DNA of 64,000 nt, from contig JAYWIR010000004.1 of NCBI GenBank assembly GCA_036172245.1, positions 1,302,001 to 1,366,000 of the forward strand, in the 5' to 3' direction. The notes under the pieces were generated by a model. It made no database searches, was not told the origin of the DNA, and saw only the letters and a program-made list of their open reading frames with translations. Each line of letters opens with the position of its first letter. The stretch's first letter is position 1. Source of the DNA: Raillietiella orientalis. Taxonomy: Eukaryota. Shown here in pieces: positions 36,930 to 51,300 of this stretch. Position numbers and translations under genes: made by a program.

Positions 36930-39900
36930 TGTGGATAGGAAATTTAAAAATACAGAGGCATGTGATGGATGAAGTGAAAGGAAAAAAGGGTAATTGGATC
37001 GGTCAATCATTAGAAGAGGAGCATTACATGTTGTCAGAGATAAAAGCGGAGCGATCGAGGGATTTCTGAAGGAATGCAGGTTTCTAGAGGAAGGAGCACA
37101 AGTAGAAAGATGTACATAGACCACACGATGGGAAGAAGAATGGCACGCACATTCATTGGTGAATTATAGAAGATTCAAGTGAGGAGTCGGTGGTCTAGAA
37201 GACAAGGCTGGGGATCGTGAACTGCAAGTAGGAGGAGGTGGAGAACCATCTCCTCCTACTTGCAGATGAGATGCATGTGAACTCACGGGAGGAAATCAAT
37301 GTAGGAAAATGGTGCAAGGAAGTTCACTTCCTTGCACAATTTGATAGAATATTGAAGCCAAATAGCTCCGAGAATGGATATTGTAGATAGCGCAAGTGTT
37401 CCTGGGAAACATGTCGGCCCAGTGGGGGTGCATAAAGTAGGCAATCAAGTGACTGAGAGGAATGGAGAGAGGAGACTGGCTGAGGTAGAGGTATCAGGTG
37501 TGGGAGAGTGGTGTTTCGAGAAGGCGACAGATGAGATGAGTGCGTTCGGCATGGGTGATTTGGTTACAGCAGTACAATGAATAGGGGATCGAGAGAGAAG
37601 ACATCAGCTAGTTCAGGAGAACTTGACCGATAACTCACTGATCCGAGTTGTTCCGGGAGGATGGAAATAAAGCATATCCTACCACAAAAGAAATATTTTT
37701 TTTAAAAAAAAAAAAAGAATATGAAATATGGTAAGAAGAGATGAAGATATTGTGTCCTAGTAGCCATGTAGGCAGCGCTAGTGAGCGTGTTCTCATGAGG
37801 AGTGAATCCGCTTCCAGGCTTGGTGCTGCACGAGTGCGGTGATCTCGCAGTGCTTTAACTGAAGAACAGCACAGAGCGTTAGGAAGAATGCTCACTTCAG
37901 GGAGAGGTTTGCATGTTTTGAGAGCAGGAAGTGGTGAGGCTCATTCGCTTAGTCGAGTAGCATTAATGGCAAAAGCTGTCCCTATTTCTATTATGGGACT
38001 GTAAATAACGCATCATAGTAAGCGAGTTGGAAGGGATGATGATTTTGTTCACACCGATAGAGTGAAGGGCATGCTGTTTGAATCCCACAATTCCGAATTT
38101 TGGTACCCGAAACATATTCAGTTAATGATGAATGGAACTGGAGCGATAGGTGAGGATGGTAGGAGAGGGTTACTCGTAAAGGTCAAGGAATTTTGTCTAT
38201 AGATGAGAAGCAACCTAATTCCAGACAGAGAGGAGGGATGCTTGAGGGTTGTTACCAGAAGACGGTAGCACGATACTAGGTATGAGAAGGCAGTCATAGA
38301 GTGGTGGCAGAGAAGTTGTGATGGCTTTTTCGACAGGAGAGCCCCTTGCCTCTCCTGTCGAGAAAGAGCATCGATATGGGAGCAGGAAGGTAGGGATTAC
38401 AGGGGATAGGGGCGTGCTTTCTGATTGGCATAAGAGTTCTAATGCGATAGGAAACGGGTTAAGGATAGGGATCAGGGACAAGGGTAGCAGCACGAAATCA
38501 TGGCGTAAAGGAGTATTGAAAGATAGACGGCGTGCTTGCAGGTGGAAAAATTGGGGTGGGTGGGAATTATTGCAGGAGAAGAGGTCGGATGATTACCGGT
38601 GGTAACAAAGCGCTTGATCTAGCAAACGGTGAACTAGCAGTAACGTTAAGGATGTAGTAGGAGCACTCGTTGTGTAGCATCAGGGGATAAGAAAATGGCA
38701 GAGTTTAATCCAGTAGAGTATAGCAGCTTCAAGAACAGATATGCAAGTACTGTTTTAAAGATCAAGGAATATCCAGCAAAGATGTATGTCATAACAGATT
38801 TGAGAGATTAAAGAATCGGCTCTTTCAAGAAATTTCAATGAGTCTATCTATCTTCATAATGGCACTACATCTAATAAGGGACGTGTAATTATGCAAAGAC
38901 AAGTGATAGCTTAGGTTTATTAACAAAGGATGGAGCTGAAGATCATTTCGAGAATCAAGGCTTCCCAAGTGGTATGTTTGCTAAGATGCTACTTGATGGA
39001 AGTTGTCATTTTCCAGAGAGTGATCCAACAAAGCTGTTCCATGAAGAATCTGAATATTAGAATCACCGGGAATCAAGCTAAAGCCTTGGAGGTTTTAAAT
39101 CAGCAATGAGAAAACAGAGATGATGAAATCAGAGAAGAAGCATTAGTAGTGGACGGGAACTGTAATGTGAGGAATGATTATGTAATAGGACAGCAAGTAA
39201 GTCTAGAGGTTCAACAGGTTCATCTTTTAGTATCTGTTGTTGATTTTCCATCATCTATGATTTTCCATCCTCCATTCCCCCTTCCGATGCTAGAAATCAA
39301 GAGTTAGGAGCTCAAGAGAATAGGAAGCGTTATTAGAGAGGAATTGCATTGCTCAAGGGATGAATGAAGCATAAGAGCAGGATCTAAAATAAAGTGGGGA
39401 GCCAAACGCGAAGCCGTCGAACAGGTCATTGCGCAAATCAAGGCTGTCTAGCGGTACCACTTGATGGGAGTTCGTGCAGGAGCATGGCACGATGTCAGTG
39501 AAGGAAAAGATGGAAGTTTTCTTCGACTGCGTGCGAAGGGATCTTTCCATCTGGAAGAGTCTGTAAATTATCTTGAAGAGAAGTTTGGTGGTCAGTGGGA
39601 GCAACTTGGACGTGGTAGAGTCATGAAGTCAGTATCAGATTAATGTGGCGGCCATTAGAAGATAGGAGCTAGGGAGGAAGAGATTGCCCAAATAAGGGAA
39701 GCTAAGAGTTGATATCGTAGTTGAAAAAAGTACCAGATCGTAGTTCTACAGCTTCACGCTGCTCGGTACGGAGTAGGATGATGGACAGAGATATTTTTAT
39801 CAAAATTTACTTTTTATCAAAAGTTTTGATAAAAAGCGAGAAGGGAGAAGGAGAATGTCAGGACAGCTATCATCTACGACAATTCAATAGGCAAGAAAGT

Positions 39901-40100
39901 TCAGCGTCATTAGAGTTTGCAGGAAATGGAGATGGGAGGGTTAGAGGGAATGGCCAAGCAAAGAGTGAGCTAAACCTTTATAGAGGTGGTGTGCCCCGAG
40001 CAGCATTCTCTTTCCCGACCCGATGCATTCAATGATGGACTGCAAAGAGATGAGCGGTTGAGAGTAGTCGAAATGAGGGATGCATTTTCCCGGACGTTAG
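36930..40100 (-). mobile_element. Degenerate I/Nimb-clade LINE ORF2 with RNase H
   Basis: Purine-rich + strand block. Minus-strand motifs in order: HTTWEALIL (AYDTTW...IL), STGEARGSPVEKA...PPL (TGAFRTSPV..L...PL), CSSVKAL...TWLLGHNI (RNase H DS.S.L.AL...W+PGH), and C-terminal TCNAPL and VFLNFL. Confidence 0.7.
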
Positions 40101-41449
40101 GCATCCAGCCCTCTTAGCTCGATTCTTCGGTATGTCTTCGTACGCCGGCAGCAAAGCTTTCCATTCCATCCTTTTCCTTTTCCAAGCTTTTCCAGCTGAT
40201 TTCCACGTGACCTCTGCAATCCAGCAGACTACCTCCCGCGTAGAGAGATCCTAAGATTCTCCTCCCCATAGAGAGGATGCAACAAGGGATGCACGGATGG
40301 ATCCCTATCAGGGGGAGCATTTCCAGACGAGTCGGAGGCATCATTGTGAGGGATGGGTGCGCCTTACAGTCGCCCCCATGAATCCACTGATTCCTACCAC
40401 CAGGTGTTGCTGCTGAGTGGCGGGAGAAAAAAAATAAAATGCACTCTCGATCCCTCATCGAGAATGGGATTGGGAAAGCGGGCAACACGTACCTTGCCCT
40501 TGCCGGCGGTTACCTGACAACATAGACGCAATTCCAGCTCGTTTCGCCGCATTCCTCAAGAACGTGAGCCAAGACGGACACCAGAGAGGGTTGCGCAGCG
40601 TGGCCGGGTAAGCGGCAGACGACCTGACATGTCATCAACATGCGTTTAGCTCCCTATTTATCTGTCGATCTGTTTGTTTATGGAACCAACTTTCTCACCC
40701 CGTGCTTTCTCCTTGGTTGGGTCCGCAGCAGGGATGGACGTCGTTCCTTGATGGCATATCTTGCACCTTTCCCAAATCGATGGCAGGGCGCACCCACCCT
40801 GGGTGGGAAAGTCGAGTTCACCTCGGCTCATTTCCACTAACTCGACTTTCTATCTCGTGGAGGACATGCGCTCCTCACACCGTTTCCGAGCGTTGATCCA
40901 CTTCCAGCACGAGCGCGTCCCACGCAGTGAACGTTTTGTGTCATCGCGGAAAGCTCCATTTGCGTTGCCTGGGCGTGAAGCAGTCCGGGACTCTCCCTCC
41001 ACACACACCTGGAAGGGCACCCCTGCTGCAGCATCGCACAGCAACGGAAGGATGTTCCACAGCTTCAGTGCTTTCTCTTTCCCGACCCAGCGAGCGCTCG
41101 AGTGAATTTTCCCCTTGTGGGTTTTCTTTTCTGCAGCACCAGGGAACGTATTTCCAGAGTTTCGAACCGGATGTGACTGCAACCGGATGCGCATCATGAG
41201 AGGACGCAGCCCGCAGCCGGAAGAGAGTTTGGTTAAGCGAAAGGAGAGTTCCCCAAGGGATGAAGCGGCTGCACTGGACATCACGTTGTGCGCTGCGCTG
41301 CATGCGACGTCTGTTTCACTGCGGCACTATCCCCCTCCCTTCATCTCTCCTGACGTCCTTGTTGAGGAAGGGGGGGGGGGGGGCAGCTGGCTCCTGAATC
41401 TCAAGTAAGTCATTCCATCATGCTGCTACCACACCTCTCTACCAGCGTT

Positions 41450-42560
41450 GCTTCGGTCCTCTTTGACCTAAGGCTTCATTCCCTGCGGTTCATGTTGGCT
41501 TCCAGCGTACGGCTCGGCTCTTTCGATTCGTAGCAAAGACGTGTGATCATTCGGAAGTGGCGTTCCTTCTGCAAAACGCGACTTGCATTCTGTGTCGATG
41601 CACCACTAGGAGGAGGAAAATGTTCCTGCTGAACAGTCGCTCTTGGTGGATGTGCACGTTTCTCTCCGCGCCCAAGAAACGCCACATGTGCGCCTGCTCC
41701 AGAATTTCTCCTCTTTGCTGTCTCTCGCTCCGTTCAGAGATGCAGATGTGGAGAGCACTCCCTCCCGTAGGGGTTTCCGGCCAGGGCAAGCGTCGGTTTC
41801 TCTCTGCACGGTGAACCATCTTGGGCGAACCAGGAGACTGCCACGAGGACGCTCCCGTACGCGAAAGATTTCGATATGGTCCGCATGCGCGCCGTTGATC
41901 TCTTTGGGAAAGAGGAGAGCTGTATCTGGGAAGAAGCAAAGTTTCCTGCCCTGCCGACTCAGAATTCCTCTTACGTCGGTTGACGAGCTTTTAGCTGCTG
42001 AATTGTCGCGCCCTTTCGTCCTCCTTCGAGTCAGCTTGCAAGAGAGAACCTGTCCGCAGAGGTGGCGCTCTCCCGCTCGCCTGAGACGAGCCGCGTCGGA
42101 TGAGGAGGCTGGACACACCTCGCGCTCCATTCGAAAACTGCAGGAAAAAACGTGGAGCCGCGCTCTTGCAGGTCTCCCTTGTGAGTAGATGAACGGATTT
42201 CCTCAGTCTCGAGAAGGTCGTTCGAACCAGTGTGAAGTGGTCGGGTTTTACTGGAGCAGGAGGCGTCCGCAGGAACCGACGTGTTAAGTAATACCTTCCT
42301 CAATGGGCGGAACATCTTGTCCTTTTCGCTGCTTCCGGAAGGTACACTGTACATGCCCACATGGAACCACAGAGCTCGGAGAGACCTCTGCGAGCGCCTC
42401 GAATTCATCTCTGAACGGGCGATGCACGCCCCGTCGCATGCAGGAGAACGGGAGGCGACTTCTTTCCTCGAATGCTCCGATAAGATTACGCAAGCAGTTT
42501 TGGAATGTTGTGCTCAGCTCCTTCAAGATGACTTTTTGGATTATACGTTGGTGGTCAATA
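41450..42560 (-). mobile_element. L1-type APE endonuclease/linker remnant
   Basis: PFSCMRRGV, then VGMYSVPSGSSEKDKMFRPL (N+YAP....K..F+..L). Confidence 0.45.
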
Positions 42561-43099
42561 CGTTGTGGAGCGAGGTAAAGAGGTGCCCGAAGACTTGCCT
42601 TCGCGGCCGTTTTCAGGCGCCCTGAATCACGTCAGTCACTATACACATTCAGCTACCTACGCTTAGGGTGAGCGACACTATTTCATGACGTGATCTAATT
42701 TCTCCCTGATTATTTCATCAGTACGCGTATGGCTGTATGCTTTTTGCTTTCCGTGCCAAAATTCGGAGCGGTTGCATTCCTTACTGGTCGAAACCTCTGT
42801 TTTAAGTAGAGGTCAAGCAAACTATGGCATTTTGGTGCACTCGGAAGTTTTTCTGCTGACGCTCCGTTCCAACGTTAGTGTGCAAAAATGAGGGCCCCCT
42901 CTAAAGGAAGGACAATTTTCGGGCTGAGTGGTCTAGTTCCACCTCCTGGAAAAGCAAGCGGAAAACAATGCACAGAGTCTCCCGTAGAAAACATGCGCCA
43001 TTTCCTGGAGAGACACACGATCATATCAGACGCATAGGGGGTGCACTAACCGAAAGGTAGGTATTTAATTCATTCAGTGGTTTTCCGGATCGCTGAATA

Positions 43100-45750
43100 G
43101 CCATTCCCGTTTCCATGCCATGATTCAAGGATGCAAGTGTCTTCTGTTGCAAGAGAAATTATGAATCCACAGGTGCCAAGCTCCTTCCCAGAACACACAT
43201 CGATTCCTTTCTACAGCGATCTTTACTGTTAAGGGATGCATGCTGGGCGGTTTCCTCCGTGATATCTAACCAGAGAGTCAGTGATGCGATGGGAAATCTT
43301 CTTGCTAATGGTGTTGATGGCTTTGTTCTTGAAAAGGGAATTTTCGAATGCGCAGGTCTTCCTTCGGAACCTCGCAAACAGGCAGGCAGTGCACGCGGGA
43401 CTGCCCTGTTTACACTGCCTTCTGGATCCTTCGCCCGCCTCACGTGGCAGAGTGCTTTTCCTGGCCTGTGCGACGGAGTGAATTTCGTATGCGTACCTCT
43501 GGACCGCAGCGTTCACTTTGGAAGCAACGGTTCGGCGCCCATGCATCAATGCGACCTCCTGTGCCGATCGTTTTCACACACTCCTGGGGGATTTCTGAGG
43601 AGTGCCTGCAGATTTCAGCGTGTGGTCGATTTTTGCTGCTTGCTTTCGTTTTCCCCAACGAGCACCTCATTCTTTCTTGCAGAGAGTGCGAGTTGCATTC
43701 GCGTGTTTCCGATTTCTCTCGCAGCAAGAGCATCCCAACTCTGCTTCAGGATGCTCGGGGATCAAGTTTACTCACGAGCTCATGAGAGAAATCGTTGGGT
43801 TGCTACTGTTTTCCTGGCTTGGGAAGTCAGGCGTTCCCCTGATGGCCTCTCATGAGCTGCTCCGTCAACCGTGGTACAAGGAAGAAGCACGAAGGACATT
43901 TAAAAAGCCACCCCAACGCTTAGCTTTCTGAGCTCTAGAAAGGCAAGCAGAACCCCGTGAATTCTTTGTTAACAAACAGAAATATTTCGAATATTCTCGA
44001 AGAGCTCCATGTTTACTTCTTCGTGCTTCTCTCCGAAACTTTGGCACGTTGTTTCCATGAAAAGATTCCTGGTCCAACTGCTTGGATCCAGCTAGCAGAG
44101 ACACAATGATCTCCAAGCATCCCTAGTAGGCGCACTAGTGGACCAGTGACTGAATGCTCACATTCTCTAAACTTTCGTGCAGTGATCATAAGGTTGCCAG
44201 ATCATCTACTCCTTTCCTCTTATTTTTTCTTCAATAAAACTAGGGTGTGAGCACTTGAAGCTATAAAGAAATACATAAAAGCATTTTTTTTCTCAGTATG
44301 CTTACAGGATTTAAGCAAAGCCGTGTACTTTCGCAGCAGGTAAAGAAGATCTGCTGTCAGTTACACCGGATTCAATAGATGATGTTGAGGGTGTTTTTTT
44401 TTCTCAGGCGTCATTTTTCCATCACTATTCCTTGTGCAATACGATGCTGATTTGCCAAACTTTTTTTTTTAGATACTTGGCTTAGTTTCTTCACTTTGGT
44501 GTCCCAAGATCGAATTCTCTTAACTTTGCAGTGGTTTTCCCCACTGCTGTGCTTTTTTTGTTCATAACAATTTTTGTATTGACTTTAGTTTCTGGAAATG
44601 CGATGCAGGTATAGCGACTGATGCTGCTAATTTTACCATTTCTTGGACAGCATCACATACATGTTAAGATAAGAAAGCTCCACCATTTCACCAGCTTGGA
44701 TATCTTGCGTTGCGACTGCCTCAACCAGCATCAATAAGCGTTCAGCTACACTTTTTCTGTCGGTCTTTTTATCTGATTCAGGTTTCCATCCTTTTATCTC
44801 ATTTGCCATGAATATTCCCTACTAATGGTGAAGAGATTCGCCCGAAAATCGCACTAGTGATGAGGGGACAATGGCTACTCGAGTCCGTTTGATTACCCGT
44901 CGCGCTGATTGCGGTCCATCTGGCAAGTAAAGTAAAGTGCCAGAATGACCTCATGAAATTAGCCGCTGCAACCAGGGGTGCGTGCTCTCCACATCCTGGT
45001 TCCTGCTGTAGATTTACAAAAGACGAGAAATGGGGTCTAAATCCAGGTTGTGGGATGAGTCTGTCCCACCGCGAACTGGTCTCTACTGGCTCACCCTGGG
45101 CGCTTTTGACGACTCGGTAGGAAAATCCCCAGTTCACGCTCTCGCGAGCATGTCCTGGTGTGGTGGTGAAAAGAAAGGCGATCACTTCTTTTCTTTGTTG
45201 CGATCCGGAAGAATCTGGAGCGATCAGGAGGCTGAAGACCCTGCAGCGATGGCTGCAAGCAATGCTTTTAGCACAGACTCCCAGTTCTCTGATCCAGTTT
45301 CAACTGAGTGGAACTGGAAAATCGACTGGGACCAAGGGATCAAGTGTTCTAGTCGGAAATCCATTATCCTTGAAGTGTTTCCTCGGATGTGAGGAAAGCA
45401 TGCTGTCTTCCTTGAAGCACACTGTTCAGTATGCAGTTTCCAAAGCCACGGCAACACAGATACAAGGTGGGCTACTTGAAACCTGCCGTCCTCAAGTCTG
45501 GCTTTGCAGCGCGAGGCTTAAGGCGGGCTGGTTTCAAGAAGCTGACGATATACTTGCTGCATCATGCCCTAGAGCAATGCCGGGTTCTCTGGAGAGGACG
45601 CTTTCGTACGGTCACCCTCTGCCGTCGCGAGTCAGCTCGCAACTGTTCGGGAGTCCATGTCGGAAGGCCGTTCGCACCAGCAGCTACCTTTTTGTTAGGT
45701 GGAATTTGGCTTGTTCCTCGAACCACCAGATTCGTTTATTCCTCTGGGAT
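43100..45750 (-). pseudogene. Putative decayed NERD-like nuclease/SF1 helicase copy C
   Basis: Order: AEGDR (~45610); MDFRLEH...HSVETGSENWESVLKALL (45250-45365); QEPGCGE (44985-45008, P-loop-like); LLMLVEA (~44720); KVNTKIV (~44570); GCLEIIV (~44105-44125). Confidence 0.35.
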
Positions 45751-46249
45751 ACGCGTCGCGGAAAGATGGAAGTTCAGAGGTCAGCTAGCTTTTTGTAACG
45801 TCCAGGAAATTCCTGCTTCGTTCGGATGAAGCTTGGTAACGGATGGATGCTCAGAGCTCCTGCGGCAGCTCTCGTGATCTCCTGGACAGGAAACGCACAA
45901 GTGTGCTGGAAATCTCTCTTGAAATTGAATTGGACGTCTGAGGTGCGCGAGATGTTGCTCGACGTTCAAGAAACACTGCCTGACTCCATTAAACAGGGTT
46001 GATAAAAGCAATAGGAATGTCCATGCCCGTGCTTCACACCACGTCTTGTTGGTGCGGTTTTCTGCACCATGGAAACCTTCACCATCTCGGTAGATCCGAT
46101 TTATATTGGTTGGCATACGCAAGTTCCCCATTTTCTGGCTGTGCCCTTTTCTTCCCTTGCAGTCGGAGCCTCTTTCTAAAGGTGATTTCTTGACGTTTTT
46201 CCAAACAGATGCAGAGTGTTGGGTTGTTTTTGCAGAATGCTGGGACTTA

Positions 46250-47100
46250 CCTGTGTAAGGCATCGAAAGGGGAGGGGGGAAGGAGACACGCAAAACATAC
46301 TCAGTGGTTACACATTGGTACTCTAACCCTTTAAACAACGGAGCTGCTCTGTGAATAACCTAAAAGAAGTGTATTAATGTGGTATTGATTTTCTTTAATG
46401 AACCGGAAGTATTTATACTTTTTTCAAAAGCATGTGAGAAGGGTGAGGACCTTTTCAGACAGAAAATTCCTTCGCTGGTATCTTCAAGAACCATACAGCC
46501 CCCAGAAGCTGTTGTCATGTAATCCGGCACATCTGTAACCATTAGTTTGCGTGAACCTCCGTGCAAGAAGAGTCACCAAACTACGAAAGCATTTTCGACC
46601 CATCAGTTCTGCTCACTCCTTTCTTCTTTTTTTTTTTTTTCTTCACAAATGCCCCACGGTTTTCAATGTTTGGTATCGTGGGATTCACAGTGCATCTCTC
46701 CTTGAAGTACGACCCGTCCACATTTTCACGGGAGGAAGAAAATCGGATTTGCTCTGCGTTCACCAATGTTGTTGAAACCTTCTTCGCAATTGATCCGAGG
46801 TCAATTATCTCGATTGTTCCCTGACTATTTGACAGATAATCACAAGCAGCTGGGACTCGAAAAACCGTTTGAAAAGGACGATCACTGGAAATTTTTTCTT
46901 CGATGGCGAACGGAAACAGTCTGGGCAAAGCAACTTTTCCAGCACGCGGAAATCTGGATTCGTCATTGGCTCTATGAGGACCAAGCTGGCCTTCCCGGGT
47001 GCATCAGTGGCTGAAGGTGCCCGAGAGGTGCTTGCAGGAGGCGCATCCTCGTCCGAAGAGGACGGCCAAATCTCATTCCAGAATCTCATTCCCCAATCTC
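46250..47100 (-). pseudogene. Putative decayed SF1 helicase copy D
   Basis: APGKASLVLIE (~46970-47002), followed downstream by FKGLEYQCV (46309-46335), the UvrD-like C-terminal KGLE..V motif. Confidence 0.4.
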
Positions 47101-47309
47101 ATTGCCACGTGCTTCCCAAGGTCATCCGTCTCCCTTGTTACATTAGTTTTCTCATCACTTTGATTGCGGAGACTGTGGAACGAAAATCTGCCATTTATTT
47201 AGAATCCTTTTTCCATTTATTCTATGATCTTTCCGTGTCGGCAATGTTGGCTTTTCTTTGCACGTGGCGCTTGATGCATGACTCGCTTTAGCTGTGCCTG
47301 TCTATCCTC

Positions 47310-47595
47310 TGAATTTTTATTGTTCATATTTACAATTATATGATAGGTCATGGGGAAGGGGGGGGGGGTGCTGGATATCCTTCCACAGTTCCTCCTCTGT
47401 TCATCTGGGGCGCAGGTTGCCCCTCATCATGCTGCTTCCTCCACTTCCTGCCCTCCTTATGATAAGAGCTGACCACTGGGGTTCTCCGGCTGGCTGTAGC
47501 CTTCCCGTGTGACGTGTACTGCATAAACATCGCTGGAGTACCGGATGCATACCGGATGCACGAAGCCACCATCCGGTACCTTATTGTCACCAATG
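47310..47595 (-). mobile_element. Utopia/NeSL-like RLE LINE 3' end, second copy
   Basis: Shares AGGTACCGGATGGTGGCTTCGTGCATCCGGTAT, CCCAGATGAA.AGAGGAGGAA and the 3' UTR with 55430-55680. Confidence 0.7.
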
Positions 47596-48949
47596 ACTGC
47601 AGTGACCTCGCGAACTTGTGACGGAGATTCGCTTCGGCACTCCGTATACCGCCGGACGCTGCAACGGACTTTCTGCGGCGATCTTTCACAGAAAGCGGAC
47701 TGAATAAGGGCGCTGCGATCTCAACAGTCGGTTGCATCTGCGCCATGATGGCAGCCCACCATGTGTTGGAATCAAGTTCTTGGAGAAGAGAGGCCATCAG
47801 CATGACAGCAGCCTTCATTGGAGCAGCAGCAAGGCGGCCTCATCTGACCGAAGTTGCAAGTCGCCAGGGAGATCGCCACCACCCACTGCCGCTTCTGAAA
47901 ATTAAGAAAAGTTACATACCAAAGATCCCTGTCCCCACCCTCCCGTCTTTTTTTATTTATTTATTGTCCCCTCCCTCCGCTCCCTAGTTTTTGGAAGCCG
48001 GCTTGCCCGCCGGTGGTTATCGCGGGTAAACTTCCTTTTCTTTGGCGTTTCGTGTTTCTGAGCGGCTGCTTTTTTTTTTTTTTTTCTACTAAATAAACAG
48101 AAATAGTCATTGTTTTTACTCTTTGCTTTGTAGTTTATTTCGTTCTTGTTTCAAAGTAGACGTCCCGGCGCTACCGGGTTCAAACATTGTCCCCACTTGC
48201 TTCTTCAGAATCCCTAGATCTTGCAGTGCTTCTTCATTTCCTGGGTCCAGGCTCCCAGAGAGCCAACGATGAATGCACGTACCTTGCATTGTTTTCCTTC
48301 TCTTCCCGGCTGGTGGACTACCTCCTTGTATTCTTCCTCTTTGCTTCTTCTGGCTGTGCGGAACTTCCATTTTCGTGTGGACCCGGTTTCCTTTTTGCAT
48401 TAGTAAATCCGCTCTTTGGGGAGAGCTGAGTTTCCCATCGCTAAATTCATTACCAAAGTCCCTATCTCATGTCATCCGAAAGGAGGAAAAACATGTTTGT
48501 GCCAAGAGAAGTCTCCCACAAAGTTCGCCAAGTGTGCTCGTCCGTTCATGTTTGTGTCCGTCGTCTTCTTCCGAGTAAGCAAACTCTTTCCAGTAAGTTC
48601 TTTCCCCACTTTATGAGCTCCAAGATTGGATTTATGATGTATCGCGTAAAATGTGCGAAGTCAAGTTGGCTCAGTAAAGAGCTCGGGTGGCCATCGTTCC
48701 TTCAGGAAGAAGAGGGATCCAAGGAATCTATCGTGTTCGTTTCATTGCATCCCGCAAGCGTTCTTGCATGAACTCAAAAGAATCAAAAATCGAAACCCCC
48801 ATGCAATGGGAAAGGCTTTCCGTAAATGCGTGCTTGCAGAATCCAAGAGACGCAGTCGAAACAATATGGCTTCTATTGATGTGGGCCAGGTCTAGAAGGG
48901 ATAAGGTGAAGTCGTGAGTGAAGCCAAAGCAGTCCTATTAAGGAATTTC

Positions 48950-51300
48950 AAGTTCCCATGTAGATTTTCAGTACGGTCCTTCGTGTTTGCTCTTTAATGA
49001 AGGCGGCATCGGCTCTTTTGGGAACGCAGACCAAAACTTCGGATTTCCGACTTCTAGTTTTCGCTCTTCTGAACTGTGGCACTTCGGTCAGTGGTGCTCT
49101 CTGTATGGCGAACTATTTTATCTATTCAAGTTTCCTCCTCTTGGTATCAACCTCTTGTCGCAAGCTACGCGAACTGCCATCTTGAACACCTTCCGTGTCT
49201 TCTCAGCCCGAGTCCCTTGCTGCCCTAACAGCGTCACCGTCCGGCAAATCAAACCTTTATCTGTAGGGGTAACACGAAAGAGCTCCAGGGTCGTGAAATC
49301 ACAGACCAACTCCTTTCGTCTCCCAGGAGCTCATCGAAATATTTCATTAGCATTTTATTTTAGTCTCTGCTTTCCATTATCGTTTCATCTTTTGAAAAAA
49401 TCCCACGTCTGGATTTTGCAGCTTGTTGCTTTGGTCTGGTTTGGTTGTACCAAGAGTTCTCTCGTGCCCAATTTTCCATCCGCCCTGCTCTGGGAAAAGT
49501 TCCGGTGAAGCGTGCGATGTGGAGCTCTGTCCCGCTTCTTCAGGCAAAGAAGGAACTGCAAGCGAAGCGAAGAAGGGCCGAAGAGTTACAGAAAAGTTCC
49601 ACGTGGGAAAAGAGTTCAAGTTGACAAAAATACAAAGTTCTTGAGAATAAACTTTCTGAAGCTCTTCTTGGGGGAAGCACGTAGAACGTGACGATTGGAC
49701 TCAATTGAGAAGAGCTGCAATATATTCCGCGTCGTCTGCCTTGCGAAGAGACCAAAACAGCAGTTTTGGGGAACCAGGAGATGAATCCTTGCAGGCCGAA
49801 TGGCATTAGGCGCTGAGGGATGTCCGTCTGATTTGACCGATTCGCGAATTCAGGACGTGGATTCAGGACGTAGTCGTTGAGCAGCCAAACCGGAAGGCAC
49901 GCGGTTCGAGGGAGAAACATCGGAAGAAGGGTTCTCAAAGATGTAGAAGTAAAAACCGGACTCGCACTCTGGAGACTACGATCCGGTTCATTACGTTCAT
50001 CGAAGAGGTCAAGTAAGCCAAGCATCTACAGGGATATCACCCACGAGCTAAACGAACGAGGATTGGGAACACGGATCACCCACGAATTGCGACCCAAACG
50101 CGGGAACTTGCCGAAGTGGATCTTTTCTCTGGACAGCACGGACTCACGGAACCTGCGTGCAGGCTTTGTACGTTTCCGCGATCTCAGCAGAGAAGAGGTC
50201 TCCATGCCACGCCGCATCCGAGTGGTAGAACGCCCCGGACTTGTGATTCTTGGATGAGTGGGATTGAGAAGAATTGGGAAAAGTCCACGCAGAGCAACCA
50301 GACAAGCGCGCGAAGGAGAAAAAATTACTTTGACCAAGCCGTACAGAAGCAACTCACATTTTTGTGTATCCTCAATGCGGAAAATCTTGACATAAAAAAC
50401 TCTGGGATCACTGGAGCACTACAAAAGGAATGGAGATTCATTGATTTCATGACATCATTTATTGCAGATCGATGAGCAGAACTCGAACTCAGCTGTCACT
50501 GAAGATGGAAAGACCTTTCCGCTTCGAGGGATGCCAAATAGATGGCACCACAGCATCCTGATGCCAGTGGTTCGAGTTGCGTTAAGATAGGAGCGATGGC
50601 TTTTCAAGAACCAGAGAAAAATTATGCATTCCTGAAGCCAAATGGTACCATTCACTCTCTGTGGGGACGGACAAAGTCGATGGTGCTGACCCTAGCAGAA
50701 TGTGACTGGGTGCCTCTGCTGTTTCCTTTCTTTTCCTCGTCCCTTCTTGCCATGCTTTCCTCGAAACGGGGCCCTGGAAACCTGAAGAACGCTCGACTTC
50801 CTCTGCTAACGACATAATTGAACCTCCCCAGAGTATTGGCGGACCCTGAGGCATTGCATAGAGCAGATCAAGTACCCGGAAGTTCCTGTACTCAGCCACT
50901 CAGCCGTCCGGAGCAGACCCTGAGCAGATTCTTAGCGCTCGGACATGAGATAAGCCTCGGGCAAACATGCCCTCTAAGGATTATGCAAACAGGTGCTCTT
51001 CAAGGCGCTGCCCGCGAGAATCAGGACAGACACTCGTTGTCCGCATCCTTCCGTCCAATTGCTTCAACCAAGTTGAAAGAGTCGACGGCCACTGTTTTGG
51101 TATTCGATTTCGCCTCTTTCATAGAATTTCTATCTTCGAGGTCTTGCATCCAAGCAACACACCGACCGCGGACCTTCGGCTGCACATGGAGAAGGACAGT
51201 TCTCCTGCAGCTCCTCTTCCAGCCAAGTATCAAAAGGGCAGCTAAAAAAGAAGAAGATAGAGGTTCCATTGAGGAGCTTCTTTGTCATCGCGAATGATCT
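48950..51300 (+). pseudogene. Putative decayed NERD-like nuclease/SF1 helicase copy E
   Basis: Order on +: RLDFAA (~49410), LFSGQHG (50121-50141), HLLQIDE (~50456-50476, Walker B-like), FQEPEKNY (~50600), ESTATVLVFDFASFIEFLSSRS (~51078-51145; G.E..V+V.D....E..SR motif V/VI-like). Confidence 0.38.

Noticed and set aside
45160..45798. 212-aa + strand ORF with SGTGKS as a P-loop NTPase
   Set aside because: It lacks a G-x4-GKS context and a downstream Walker B; more coherent motifs lie on the minus strand. Not fully excluded.
50582..50899. Minus-strand reading of the 49-51 kb region (GPPILWGG as a P-loop)
   Set aside because: Motif order is more consistent on the + strand; strand remains somewhat uncertain.
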